DNA of 55,105 nucleotides from Candidatus Calditenuaceae archaeon JGI OTU-1 (GTDB taxonomy: Archaea; Thermoproteota; Nitrososphaeria_A; Caldarchaeales; Calditenuaceae): the NCBI GenBank assembly GCA_000494145.1, contig AWOE01000005.1, positions 1,582-56,686 on the forward strand. The letters run 5' to 3'. Below, piece by piece: positions 8,721 to 17,523 of the stretch. Every line of letters begins with the position of its first letter. The stretch's first letter is position 1. The notes under the pieces are model-generated. The model searched no databases. It worked only from the letters and a program-made list of their open reading frames with translations, and was not told the DNA's origin. Made by a program: the position numbers and the translations under genes.

Positions 8721-9413
8721 ATGCTCAGCATGGGTCTGGTGTACAAGGTCCTGCGGCCCTTCATGAGGAGGGAGAACGAGGTCTTCGCGGCGATCCTGAG
8801 GTACGCCGATGAGGTAGCGCTCACCGCATCGGCCCTCAGGGACCTGATAGGCTCCCTGGTCGGCAACAGGGACGGCGAAATCCAGCAGGCTTACGGCAGG
8901 CTCATGGAGCTCGAGGCTAAGGCCGACTTCACGCGGAGGAAGCTCTCTGAGGAGATCTCGAAGGGCGGGTTCTTCGCGAACCTCCGGGAGCTGCTTCTGG
9001 AGCTGGTCGAGCGGATGGACGAGATCGCCGACTACTCGAAGGACGCCGGCAGGCTCCTCTACACCGCCTCGAGCGTGGGCATCGACTTCTCACCGCTGCT
9101 GAGGTCCGAGCCGGTCCAGAGGCTCCTGTACTGCCAGGCCCAGTGCATCGACGCTCTGACGAAGGCCCTCCGCAAGATAGCCGAAGGCCGGAAGGTCACC
9201 GTCGAGGACGTACAAGTGGTGGAGGAGTGGGAGGAAGAGGCGGACGAGCAGAAGGACGAGGCGATCAGACAACTCTTCGAGCATAAGGCGAGCATGGACC
9301 CGGCCGACTTCGTGCTGATGAGGGAGTTCGTGTTGCTGCTTGACGATGTCTGCGACGCAACCGAGGACTCGGGTGACGTCCTCCTGAACCTTATTGCGGT
9401 CAGCTACGGATGA
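8721..9413 (+). CDS. DUF47 / PhoU-like protein (putative phosphate-transport regulator)
   Basis: 230 aa with two repeated helical units carrying E..AD motifs (ELEAKADFTRRKL, EEEADEQKDEAIRQLF) and a C-terminal LLLDDVCDATEDSGD, as in DUF47 (TIGR00153-type) proteins. Confidence 0.65.
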   Translation: MLSMGLVYKVLRPFMRRENEVFAAILRYADEVALTASALRDLIGSLVGNRDGEIQQAYGRLMELEAKADFTRRKLSEEISKGGFFANLRELLLELVERMDEIADYSKDAGRLLYTASSVGIDFSPLLRSEPVQRLLYCQAQCIDALTKALRKIAEGRKVTVEDVQVVEEWEEEADEQKDEAIRQLFEHKASMDPADFVLMREFVLLLDDVCDATEDSGDVLLNLIAVSYG

Positions 9414-9414
9414 G

Positions 9415-10332
9415 ATGTCCTGGGATCAGGGATCGGCCGCTCTGCTCCTGGCGACCCTCATAGCCTTCGTGCACGGATGGAGTACAGGATCCCTGATCAT
9501 CAGCCTTCTTCGCTCATCCGGTGGATCGCGGCGTGTGACCATTTCGGTGGTGCTCGGCGGACTGACTGGCACCGTGATCGGCGGGAGGTTCGTTACGCAC
9601 ACCGTCCTTTTCGGCGAAACCGTCAGCGCTGAAGGTATGATGTCGGTCTTGACCGTCACCTTCCTCTTGCTGTTTCTCGGGTCCGTCACGGCAATTCCGA
9701 TAAGCTACTCTCACGTTCTCGTGTTCGCTGCGATAGGAGAAATTCTGGGAACCGGAAGGCCGATTGGGCTGCAGAGCGTCTTGTATCTGACGATGGGCTG
9801 GGTGGTGGGACCGTTTCTCGCATCGGGGCTGACGATCGCAACGCATGCCTCAATGAGACGGTTCATCTCCAACCTCGACATCCTCACCGTCAACGCGATA
9901 AACCGACTGTCGCTTTACGCCGTCTCCTTCTTCATGACGTACGTCGTGACCGGCAACAACATGGGCTTCCTCGCGTCGCTCCTGAAGGGGGTCGAATGGC
10001 CCGTCGCTCACCTCCTCATCGCTCTCTCCTGGGTTCTCGGAGCCCTCTTCCCCGGAAGGGTCATATGGGACTACATCGCCGAGAGGGTAGTGAGGGTCTC
10101 GCCTCAGGGCGTCTTCTCGGCTGCGGTGGCGTCCTCGATGGTGATGCTGCTCTTCCTCCACCTCTCAGTCCCGACGAGCATATCCCACTACATTTTGGCG
10201 TCTGCGGCCCTCCTCCCCCTTCAGGCATCGCTGCACGTCATCGGCTGGCGTGCCGTGTTCAGGGTCGTCGCCTGGAGCGCGTTGACTTCCGTCCTCGGTC
10301 TCTTCGCGGCCTGGATTCTGCGGGTAAGTTGA
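9415..10332 (+). CDS. polytopic membrane protein, divergent PiT (PHO4)-like transporter
   Basis: About 305 aa with many TM helices, located immediately after the DUF47 gene (the classic DUF47-PiT pairing). The two GANDVAN-type signature positions are degenerate (HGWSTGSL and TGNNMGFL). Start ATG 9415 lies 2 nt after the DUF47 stop. Confidence 0.45.
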   Translation: MSWDQGSAALLLATLIAFVHGWSTGSLIISLLRSSGGSRRVTISVVLGGLTGTVIGGRFVTHTVLFGETVSAEGMMSVLTVTFLLLFLGSVTAIPISYSHVLVFAAIGEILGTGRPIGLQSVLYLTMGWVVGPFLASGLTIATHASMRRFISNLDILTVNAINRLSLYAVSFFMTYVVTGNNMGFLASLLKGVEWPVAHLLIALSWVLGALFPGRVIWDYIAERVVRVSPQGVFSAAVASSMVMLLFLHLSVPTSISHYILASAALLPLQASLHVIGWRAVFRVVAWSALTSVLGLFAAWILRVS

Positions 10333-10364
10333 TAGACCTCCGAGGACTGTGGTGGAGAAGCGCT

Positions 10365-11285
10365 ATGCCGATCGAGTTCATGCTACCGATAACCGTTCTG
10401 TTGGCGTCGGTCCTCGTCTTCGTCAACGGCGTCGAGGCGCTCGGCGAGAGGCTGGGCTTGACGAAGTTCGCGACAGGTGCGCTGCTCGCCGCGGTCTTAA
10501 CGGCGCTACCGGAGACGATAATTGCCGTGGTGAGCCCGTTCCATGGCGCCGAGGGGGCGAGGGAGGTGGGGCTCTCGAGCGTGATAGCGGCCCCGTCCAT
10601 AACGCTCCTGTTGGGCGCACCGGTCGTCGGGCTGCTGGTGAGGGACGCCGAGGTCCGGCAGAGGACCTCGAAGGTCTACCTGTGGTTCTCTCTGCTGATG
10701 ATTCCGGCGACGCTCGTCGCCTTCCTGAATGCCGCCGAGCTTTACGTCCTCGGAGCCCTTTACCTCCTCGCCTTCTTCTTCGTAGGCCGTTGGATCCTGC
10801 GGGAGCCTGGCGAGGCGATGGTCGCCGAGGCGACGTTCCTGGAGCGGCTGGTCAGGAGAAGGAGCACCGCACTCGTCGCTGTTCAGACGGCTTCGGCTGC
10901 GCTGGCCATGGTGTGGGCTGCCGACGCGTTCCTCGACACGGTGCTGCTCGCGGACAATCCGCTGGTCTACGGGCTGCTGCTCTCCCCTTTCGCGACGTGC
11001 CTCGAGGAGGTCGTGGTGGCGTTCGTCTGGGCTTTCCGTGGAAGGGCTTCGATGGGTTTGGCGCTCCTCTCGGGCGAGAACGTCCTCCAGTCGTCGGTCG
11101 TGATGGGGCTCGGGCTCTTAGCGACCGGCTCGACCCTTCCAGTCGGAGCGATCTGGCTGATTCTGCTCTACTCAGCCTTCGGCGGACTGTACAGCGTCCT
11201 CCTCCGGCTCTCGGCGAGCCGCCTGCTCCTCTTGGGTCTCCTAGGCTATGCCGCTTACATCGCGGTCACCGTCTCCCTTCTATAG
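10365..11285 (+). CDS. Ca2+/cation antiporter (CaCA, sodium/calcium exchanger family)
   Basis: 306 aa from ATG 10365 (MPIEFMLPITVLL). Two alpha-repeat signatures: AAVLTALPETIIAV and SPFATCLEEVVVAF. The 5' extension of the 9996 ORF overlaps the preceding transporter gene and is rejected. Confidence 0.65.
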   Translation: MPIEFMLPITVLLASVLVFVNGVEALGERLGLTKFATGALLAAVLTALPETIIAVVSPFHGAEGAREVGLSSVIAAPSITLLLGAPVVGLLVRDAEVRQRTSKVYLWFSLLMIPATLVAFLNAAELYVLGALYLLAFFFVGRWILREPGEAMVAEATFLERLVRRRSTALVAVQTASAALAMVWAADAFLDTVLLADNPLVYGLLLSPFATCLEEVVVAFVWAFRGRASMGLALLSGENVLQSSVVMGLGLLATGSTLPVGAIWLILLYSAFGGLYSVLLRLSASRLLLLGLLGYAAYIAVTVSLL

Positions 11286-11310
11286 GGATCGGGCCCGTCG
11301 TCCGGAGGTG

Positions 11311-12033
11311 ATGGGGGTGGTGGGGCTGCTCCAGCTAGAACTTAGGAGGGGCGAGTTCCTCGAGAGACCCAACCGGTTCACCGTTAAGGTCTCTACACCG
11401 GAGGGCACCGTTCTCCTCCACAACAGGAACACAGGGAGGCTCGGCGAACTCCTGCGACCGGGTGCCCTGGTGTACTATCTGGAGGGAGGTGAATCGGGTG
11501 CGAAGAAGACCTCGGGGGTGCTCGTGGGCGTTGCGGTAACTGAAGAGGAAGCTGCGCTCACCGATCCCCACCTTCAGGCGATGTCGTTCGAGGTGGCGTG
11601 GGAGAGGGGTCTGATCGGATGGCTGAGGGGCTGGAAGCTGCTCAAAAAGGAGGTGAGGTACGGAGGGGTTAGGTTCGACTACGCCATCTCCTCCTCGTCG
11701 GGAACGAGCGGCTACCTCGAGCTGAAGTCGGCCGTGTTCCACGACGGCTCCGGGTACTGCATGTATCCGGACGTTCCCAGTGAGAGGGGAAGGAGGCACC
11801 TGAAGGTGCTGGAGGCGATCGCGTCGCGGGGTCTCAGGACGGTGATAGTGTTCGTCGCCGCCCATCCGCTCTGCAGAGGCTTCAAGCCCTGTGCCCACTG
11901 CGATTCGGCCTTCGCGATCCAGCTCAGGGAGGCGAAGGGAAAAGGCGTAGAGGTCAGGGCAGTGGGGATGGTTCTGAGGGCCGACGGACTCACCTACCTC
12001 ACTTCAGGGGACCTGCCCGTTTCTCTGACGTGA
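11311..12033 (+). CDS. sfsA: SfsA-family protein (sugar fermentation stimulation protein homolog)
   Basis: ELRRGEFLERPNRFTVKV ... LHNRNTGRL ... RFDY ... YLELKS ... YPDVPSERGRRHL ... matches SfsA architecture. GGAGGTG precedes the ATG; GTG 11317 is an alternative start. Confidence 0.8.
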   Translation: MGVVGLLQLELRRGEFLERPNRFTVKVSTPEGTVLLHNRNTGRLGELLRPGALVYYLEGGESGAKKTSGVLVGVAVTEEEAALTDPHLQAMSFEVAWERGLIGWLRGWKLLKKEVRYGGVRFDYAISSSSGTSGYLELKSAVFHDGSGYCMYPDVPSERGRRHLKVLEAIASRGLRTVIVFVAAHPLCRGFKPCAHCDSAFAIQLREAKGKGVEVRAVGMVLRADGLTYLTSGDLPVSLT

Positions 12034-12272
12034 CCGTCATTGGGAAGAGCACGTGACACATAGCCCGCACCGCGGACACCGGTGGGCTCTCTCGGGAAGC
12101 TCCGCATGGCAACGGGGGCACTCGTTATCGAGCGAGGTCGCCGAGAGCATGGCCAATCCTGCCCATCATAACCGTTGACTGCTTATAAGTGTTCACCGTC
12201 CGGTCGGATTCGACCCCTAGCAAAGACTCACCCTCATAAGCAGCGGATCCCCAGCCATCCCAGAGAAAGGAA

Positions 12273-13796
12273 GTGGCGGACGTAATAGTGGACGAGCTGT
12301 CCATAATCACAGGTGCGGCTGCGGAGTACGTCGAGTCCGGGAGGATAACCGGGAGGGTCCTCCTGCACAGGAGGGTCTTGAGGGACATCAGGGAGAGGTT
12401 GAGGAGGGGGGACGACGCGGCGATCAAGGAGCTGGCCCGTCTCCGCAGGATCTGCTCTGAGCGGGGCATCCCGATCGAGATCGTCGAGGAGGAGACGACG
12501 TCTGACCCTTACGAGGCACTGGCGGCCCTGGCTCTGAAGACCGGCGCATCGATCCTGACGGCCGACCCCTTCGTCCAGAAGGTCTGCGAGGCCCTAGGCG
12601 CCGACGTCATCAGGGTCAGGATCAGGGGCGAGTGGGAACTCGACAGGATCTTCACGGGTAACGTGATGTCGCTCCACCTGAAGGAAGGTGTTAGGCCGAG
12701 GGTGAAGGTAGGCACGCCCGGACGCTGGAGCTTCGTCGAGCTCTCCGACGAACCGGTGAGGCGCGAGAGCCTCGAGGTCTTCGTTCTGGACCTTCTCCAG
12801 CGGGTCCACGACGACCTCTCGAGGACCTCCTTCATCGAGGTCCAGAGGGAGAACACGCTGATCCTGCAGTACGGCGAGTACAGGATCGTCGTCACCAGAC
12901 CACCATTCAGCGACGGCCTGGAGGTGACCGTCGTCCGGCCGATCGTAAGGAAGACCCTTGAGGAGTACGGGCTGCCCGAGGTCCTGAAGGAGAGGCTCGT
13001 CAGCAGGGCAGAAGGTATCCTCATAGCAGGAGGCCCGGGGATGGGCAAGTCGACCTTCGCGCAGGCCCTCGCCGAGTACTACAGGTCTCTTGGGAAGGTG
13101 GTCAAGACGATAGAGAGCCCGAGGGATCTGATACTCTCCGACGATGTGACGCAGTACTCGAAGAGCGCCTCCGCTGAGGGCGAGCTGCACGACGTCCTCC
13201 TCCTCAGCAGGCCCGATTACACGGTCTTCGACGAGATGAGGGACGACGACGACTTCCAGCTCTTCATCGACCTTCGGCTCGCGGGGATAGGAATGGTGGG
13301 AGTGGTCCACGCCACGACGCCGATCGACGCGATCCAGCGCATCGCCAACAGGGTCGACATCGGCGTTGTTCCCTCCATCGTCGACACCGTCATCTTCATG
13401 AAGGCGGGGGAGGTCTCCAAGGTCTACGTCCTCGAGGTCTCGGTCCGGGTCCCGAGGGGGATGAAGAGGGCCGACCTCGCGAGGCCCACGATACAGGTCA
13501 GGAACCTCTTCACCGGAGAGGTGGAGTACGAGATGTACGTCTTCGGCGAGAGGACCTTCATCGTGCCGGTCGGATCGGAGGAGCAGGAGGAGCGGGGCGA
13601 CACGAGGGTGAAGGCAGTGCTCGACAGGGTGATCGGGCGCTACATCGAGGGATACGACCTGAGGGTCTCCGGTGGCGTTGTGAGGCTTGAGATACCTCCC
13701 GAGCAGATGAGGGTCTACGTCAAGAAGCTCCAGAGACGTGTCCACAAGATCTGTCAGCAGTTCGATCTGGAGCTCGAGGTCGGACCCAAGCGTTGA
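12273..13796 (+). CDS. PIN-domain / PilT-like ATPase / KH-domain protein (COG1855-type)
   Basis: 507 aa. N-terminal PIN-like region (ILTADPFVQKVCEALGADVI), Walker A GGPGMGKST, Walker B-like FDEMRDDDD, and a C-terminal KH-like segment. Confidence 0.7.
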   Translation: MADVIVDELSIITGAAAEYVESGRITGRVLLHRRVLRDIRERLRRGDDAAIKELARLRRICSERGIPIEIVEEETTSDPYEALAALALKTGASILTADPFVQKVCEALGADVIRVRIRGEWELDRIFTGNVMSLHLKEGVRPRVKVGTPGRWSFVELSDEPVRRESLEVFVLDLLQRVHDDLSRTSFIEVQRENTLILQYGEYRIVVTRPPFSDGLEVTVVRPIVRKTLEEYGLPEVLKERLVSRAEGILIAGGPGMGKSTFAQALAEYYRSLGKVVKTIESPRDLILSDDVTQYSKSASAEGELHDVLLLSRPDYTVFDEMRDDDDFQLFIDLRLAGIGMVGVVHATTPIDAIQRIANRVDIGVVPSIVDTVIFMKAGEVSKVYVLEVSVRVPRGMKRADLARPTIQVRNLFTGEVEYEMYVFGERTFIVPVGSEEQEERGDTRVKAVLDRVIGRYIEGYDLRVSGGVVRLEIPPEQMRVYVKKLQRRVHKICQQFDLELEVGPKR

Positions 13797-13862
13797 AGCG
13801 AAGTTCTCTACGCATCGTTCAGACAATGTAAGTTTATGAGCCGTTGACTGCTGGGTTCTGAC

Positions 13863-14258
13863 GTGGCATCGCCCGAGATCGAGATAATCCTCGATCACTA
13901 CAGGAACCCCCGAAACTTCGGCGACCTCCCAGACGCGACGGTGAGGGCGAAGGACTCCAACCCGCTCTGCGGAGACGTCGTCGAGATGCACCTGAAGATC
14001 GAGGGCGACAGGATCGTCGACGTCCGGTTCAAGGGTAAGGGGTGCGCGATAAGCCAGGCTTCCGCTTCGATGCTGACCGAGCGGATCAAGGGGATGACCA
14101 TCGAGGAGGCTAGGAGGCTGGGGAGGGACGACGTCATCGATATGCTCGGGGTACAGCTGAGTCCCGTCAGGGTCAAGTGCGCCACGCTGAGCCTTAAGGT
14201 CCTGAAGCTCGCGATCTACACCCATCTAGGCATGAAGCTCGACGAGAAGGAGGGTTGA
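13863..14258 (+). CDS. Fe-S cluster scaffold, SufU/IscU (NifU N-terminal) family
   Basis: 131 aa. DHYRNPRNFG, with three conserved Cys contexts: NPLCGD, GKGCAISQAS, RVKCATLS. GTG start lies 23 nt downstream of the TATA-like TTTATGA (13833-13839). Confidence 0.85.
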   Translation: MASPEIEIILDHYRNPRNFGDLPDATVRAKDSNPLCGDVVEMHLKIEGDRIVDVRFKGKGCAISQASASMLTERIKGMTIEEARRLGRDDVIDMLGVQLSPVRVKCATLSLKVLKLAIYTHLGMKLDEKEG

Positions 14259-14366
14259 GCGGGGTCCCGCGTGTTCCTCGGCGAGGTTCCGAGTAATACC
14301 GTGCCCATCATCGCAGCTGCCGGCCAGCCACGCTGATCATATTACGGACTCGTGGCTCCCTCGACG

Positions 14367-15485
14367 ATGAACGAGCTGGAAAGGCTTGCCGCGAGCAAAG
14401 CCAGGAGGGCCATAATGCTGGACAAAGCCGGGTCGAAGGCCGAGGCCGTCAAGGCCTATCGCGAGGTCATCGGGCTCCTGGTGAAGCTGGTGGAGCTGAC
14501 GGACAGCCCGGTGAACAGGGAGGTCTACAAGGAGAGGATAGCTGCCTACTCGAGGAGGCTGAGGGAGCTCCAAGAGGACGGCGACGGTAGGGGCCCGCAG
14601 CCCGAGGACCTTTACACGAGGGAGAAGGAAGAGAAGGCGACGACTGCCCTGGATTCGAGACCTCCGGTCAGGTGGGACGACGTCGTGGGCCTTGAACCGG
14701 TGAAGGAGGTCCTGAAGGAGAGCATCATCTACCCGTGCAAGAGGCCCGAGTTCTACCCGTTGGGCTGGCCAACCGGGATCCTCCTCTTCGGTCCTCCCGG
14801 ATGCGGTAAGACGTTGCTGGTGGCTGCGACCGCGAACGAAGCCGACGCGAAGCTCCACGTGATCGATGCCGCTAGGATAATGTCGAAGTGGCTCGGCGAG
14901 AGCGAGAAGAATCTCCAGCGGATCTTCAGCACAGCGCGTACCGAGGCCCTTTCGGGAAGACCGGTGATCGTCTTCATCGACGAGGTCGACTGGCTCACGG
15001 CCCACCGTCAGGTCGAGGTGGGAGGAGAGGCGAGGGTCAGGAACCAGCTGCTCTCGGAGATGGACGGGATACTGACGAAGTTCTCGAGGTCTTTCCTCTT
15101 CCTGATGGCAGCCACCAACAAGCCCTGGCTCCTCGACGAGCCCTTCATCAGGAGGTTCCAGAAGCGCATCTACATACCTCCACCAGGACCCGATGAGAGG
15201 AAAAGGATACTGGAGCACTACCTCGCAAAGCTCAACACCTCGAGGGATCTCGACGTCGCGAGGATCGCTGAGGAGATGGAGGGCTACTCGCCCCACGACA
15301 TCTTCTCGGTCTGTCTCGACGTGCAGCTGGAGGCCGTGAAGAGGATGTTCGAGGAGGGGCTTGAGGAGCCGCCGGAGATAACGACCCAGGACATCAGGAG
15401 GGCGATGGCGAGGAGGAGACCAACGGTAAGCAGGGAGAGCGTCAAAATGTTCGAGGATTGGAACAGGCGGTTCGGAGCCTCCTGA
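14367..15485 (+). CDS. cdvC: Vps4-like AAA ATPase CdvC (MIT domain + AAA)
   Basis: N-terminal MIT-like helices (KARRAIMLDKAGSKAEAVKAYREVIGLL), Walker A GPPGCGKT, Walker B IVFIDEVD, and SRH. I chose ATG 14367 because the TATA-like CATATTA (14338-14344) lies 22 nt upstream of it. The ORF-track start is GTG 14352. Confidence 0.85.
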   Translation: MNELERLAASKARRAIMLDKAGSKAEAVKAYREVIGLLVKLVELTDSPVNREVYKERIAAYSRRLRELQEDGDGRGPQPEDLYTREKEEKATTALDSRPPVRWDDVVGLEPVKEVLKESIIYPCKRPEFYPLGWPTGILLFGPPGCGKTLLVAATANEADAKLHVIDAARIMSKWLGESEKNLQRIFSTARTEALSGRPVIVFIDEVDWLTAHRQVEVGGEARVRNQLLSEMDGILTKFSRSFLFLMAATNKPWLLDEPFIRRFQKRIYIPPPGPDERKRILEHYLAKLNTSRDLDVARIAEEMEGYSPHDIFSVCLDVQLEAVKRMFEEGLEEPPEITTQDIRRAMARRRPTVSRESVKMFEDWNRRFGAS

Positions 15486-15490
15486 AGGCC

Positions 15491-16231
15491 TCACGCGTAC
15501 GATAGCTCTATCAGTCCTTTGTTCGCCAGCGATTCCAGGACCTCCTCCACCTCATCCTCGGTGAGCCCGAGGACCTTCGATAGCTGCTGTATGTCCAGCG
15601 CGCCGGAATCGCCAAGCGAGGAGATCAGCTCGTAGACGGCCTTCTCCCTGTCGGATATGACGGGGACGTCAGGGAAGGACATCCGGACCCTCTCGGCCGC
15701 CAGCCTCTTGGCCATCTCCAGCACCTCCTCGGCCTCCCCGTCGACGTTGAGGTGCTGTGGCTCGGGCGTGGGAACCGCAGCGGACGTCGTGACGACAAGC
15801 GACTCCAAATCTTCAGAGAGTTGGTTCAAGACGACCGAGACGTCAGGTGTGACGGAGCTGAGCTCCCGCGCCACGACCTGGACAACACCCCTCAGGGACG
15901 ACAGGAGGCCCAGGACCTCGGTCAGCTCCATCACCGTCTCGAGCCTGACCTTGACCTGCTCCAGCAGTATCAGCTTGCTCATGATGATTTTGGCGAGCCT
16001 CCGGAGCGCTATGATCTCGTCGGCGTAGATCTTGGCGTGCTCCTCGTCACCTGTGGAGAGGGCCTGCACGCACCTCTCGAAGAGCTCCTTCCCCTTCATC
16101 TCGAGCTCCGAATACTTCTTGTTGAGTTTGGAGATGCTGGCGTTGACCGCTGTGAGGGACCTGTTCAGCTTGACCTCGAGCGATGCGAGCTTCCTCTCGT
16201 TCCTCCCCTGCCGCAGCCGGTCGAACAGCAT
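15491..16231 (-). CDS. cdvB: ESCRT-III homolog CdvB (Snf7-like core + C-terminal winged helix)
   Basis: 246 aa. KELFERCVQALSTGDEEHAKIYADEIIALRRLAKII closely parallels Sulfolobus CdvB as I recall it. The C-terminal wH is LDIQQLSKVLGLTEDEVEEVLESLANKGLIEL. Confidence 0.8.
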   Translation of the reverse strand: MLFDRLRQGRNERKLASLEVKLNRSLTAVNASISKLNKKYSELEMKGKELFERCVQALSTGDEEHAKIYADEIIALRRLAKIIMSKLILLEQVKVRLETVMELTEVLGLLSSLRGVVQVVARELSSVTPDVSVVLNQLSEDLESLVVTTSAAVPTPEPQHLNVDGEAEEVLEMAKRLAAERVRMSFPDVPVISDREKAVYELISSLGDSGALDIQQLSKVLGLTEDEVEEVLESLANKGLIELSYA

Positions 16232-16399
16232 CGGTGCCCGAGGAGACCCGAGTGTTATTAGCGTCTGCCGCTACACTGGATGCGGCCAGCTCCTCGGAAT
16301 ATCCCCGTATCTCCGCTCCGAGACCTCCGGAATTCGGCTCAGGTTCGTACGGTCGTACCAGTTAACGTGAATTTGCACAACAACCGTGTAGGAAACATC

Positions 16400-16406
16400 C
16401 TTAAGA
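16400..16406 (+). promoter_or_regulatory. TATA-like box (CTTAAGA) 24 nt upstream of ATG 16431 (E1 alpha region)
   Basis: Spacing identical to other leaderless genes in the window. A second AT-rich stretch TTATACAAAA (16418-16427) is an alternative box. Confidence 0.45.
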
Positions 16407-16521
16407 CTGGGTATGCGTTATACAAAATACATGGGGGTGGTGGGCATTCATCACCGTTCTCGGTAAGAGAAGGCCCCCGGATCCGGAGGAACTCGGACTG
16501 GACAGAGACCTCCTACTCAGG

Positions 16522-17523
16522 ATGTACAGGCTGTTGGTTCTGACGAGGGTCCTTGACCGATACCTCCTGCGGCTGCAGAGGATGGGGAAGGCGGCGCTCT
16601 ACGCCGAGGCGATGGGCGAGGAGGCCGCGATGGTCGGTTCAGCCCTGGCCCTCCATCCGGAGGACGTTGTCTTCCCATCTTACAGGGAGCTGGGAGTCTT
16701 TCTCGTTAGAGGGGTCCCGGTTTCGGAGATACTTGACAGGCAGCTGAACACCGTTGACGACCCGCTGAAGGGCCACGAGTTCGCGGTCTTCGGAGACAGG
16801 AGGTTCAACATCGTCCCGGCCCCTACGCCGGTTTCGACGCAGATACCGATGGCGGTAGGTTACGCTCTGGCCTTCAAGATCAGGGGCGAGAGGAGGCTGG
16901 TGGTCACCTATTTCGGCGACGGAGCGACGTCGAAGGGCGACTTCCATGAGGGCATCAACTTCGCCAGCGTCTTCAAGCCTCCGATAGTCTTCATCTGCAT
17001 GAACAACCAGTACGCGATCTCGACGCACGTCAGCCGTCAGACGGGCTCGGCTACGATAGCGCAGAAGGCAATAGCGTACGGGCTTAGCGGTTACAGGGTC
17101 GACGGAAACGACGTCATCGCGATGTACCTCGTATCGAGGTCGGTCTTCGAGGAGGTAAGGGACGGAGGTGATCCGGTGCTCATCGAGGCGGTCACCTACA
17201 GGCTCGGAGCCCACACGACCAGCGACGACCCGAAGAGGTACAGGTCCGAGGAGGAGGTCCAGCAGTGGATGAAGAAGGACCCCGTGGACAGGATGAGGGC
17301 CTACCTCATCGCTAAGAACGTCATCGGCGAGGAGGACGACAGATCGCTCTGGTCCGAGGTCGAGGCCTTCGTCTCGGCTGAGGTGGAGAGGGCCCTCGCC
17401 AAGCCGGGCCTGGAACCCGAGGTGATATTCGAGGACGTCTACGCGGAGCCGACGCCGCAGCTGAGGGAGCAGATCGAGGAGTTTCGGCAGCAGCTCAGGA
17501 CCGAGAGGGTGATGAGGGGATGA
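16522..17523 (+). CDS. 2-oxoacid dehydrogenase E1 component alpha subunit (TPP-dependent); the true start may be ATG 16431 with a frame problem, see findings
   Basis: 333 aa. YRELGV, TPP motif [17 protein letters not shown] ... NNQYAIS, and [12 protein letters not shown]. Confidence 0.85.
   Translation: MYRLLVLTRVLDRYLLRLQRMGKAALYAEAMGEEAAMVGSALALHPEDVVFPSYRELGVFLVRGVPVSEILDRQLNTVDDPLKGHEFAVFGDRRFNIVPAPTPVSTQIPMAVGYALAFKIRGERRLVVTYFGDGATSKGDFHEGINFASVFKPPIVFICMNNQYAISTHVSRQTGSATIAQKAIAYGLSGYRVDGNDVIAMYLVSRSVFEEVRDGGDPVLIEAVTYRLGAHTTSDDPKRYRSEEEVQQWMKKDPVDRMRAYLIAKNVIGEEDDRSLWSEVEAFVSAEVERALAKPGLEPEVIFEDVYAEPTPQLREQIEEFRQQLRTERVMRG

Noticed and set aside
9996-10364. 123-codon N-terminal extension of the CaCA antiporter ORF
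   Set aside because: It overlaps the 3' third of the preceding transporter gene in another frame and is Arg/Gly/Pro-rich. ATG 10365 gives a normal hydrophobic N-terminus.
12594-14225. 543-aa minus-strand ORF
   Set aside because: It is antisense to the PIN-PilT-KH ATPase and SufU genes and has no motifs. It is a high-GC shadow ORF.
14259-14351. Possible C/D-box sRNA between sufU and cdvC
   Set aside because: Only imperfect box-like strings (GATGATGG on the minus strand, CTGA) occur, without the required C/D' /C'/D arrangement or terminal stem.
14337-15494. 385-aa minus-strand ORF
   Set aside because: It is exactly antisense to cdvC, whose Walker A/B and MIT features are clear.
16232-16399. 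Possible small gene, MITE or ncRNA in the 290-bp cdvB / E1 alpha divergent region
   Set aside because: I found no ORF with coding character, no terminal inverted repeats and no tRNA-like or stable extended stem. It is most simply two divergent promoters.
11311-16444. Identical 14-mer ATGGGGGTGGTGGG at the sfsA start (11311) and at ATG 16431
   Set aside because: In a GC-rich 55-kb window a few 14-mer coincidences are expected by chance. Flanking sequence shows no further similarity.
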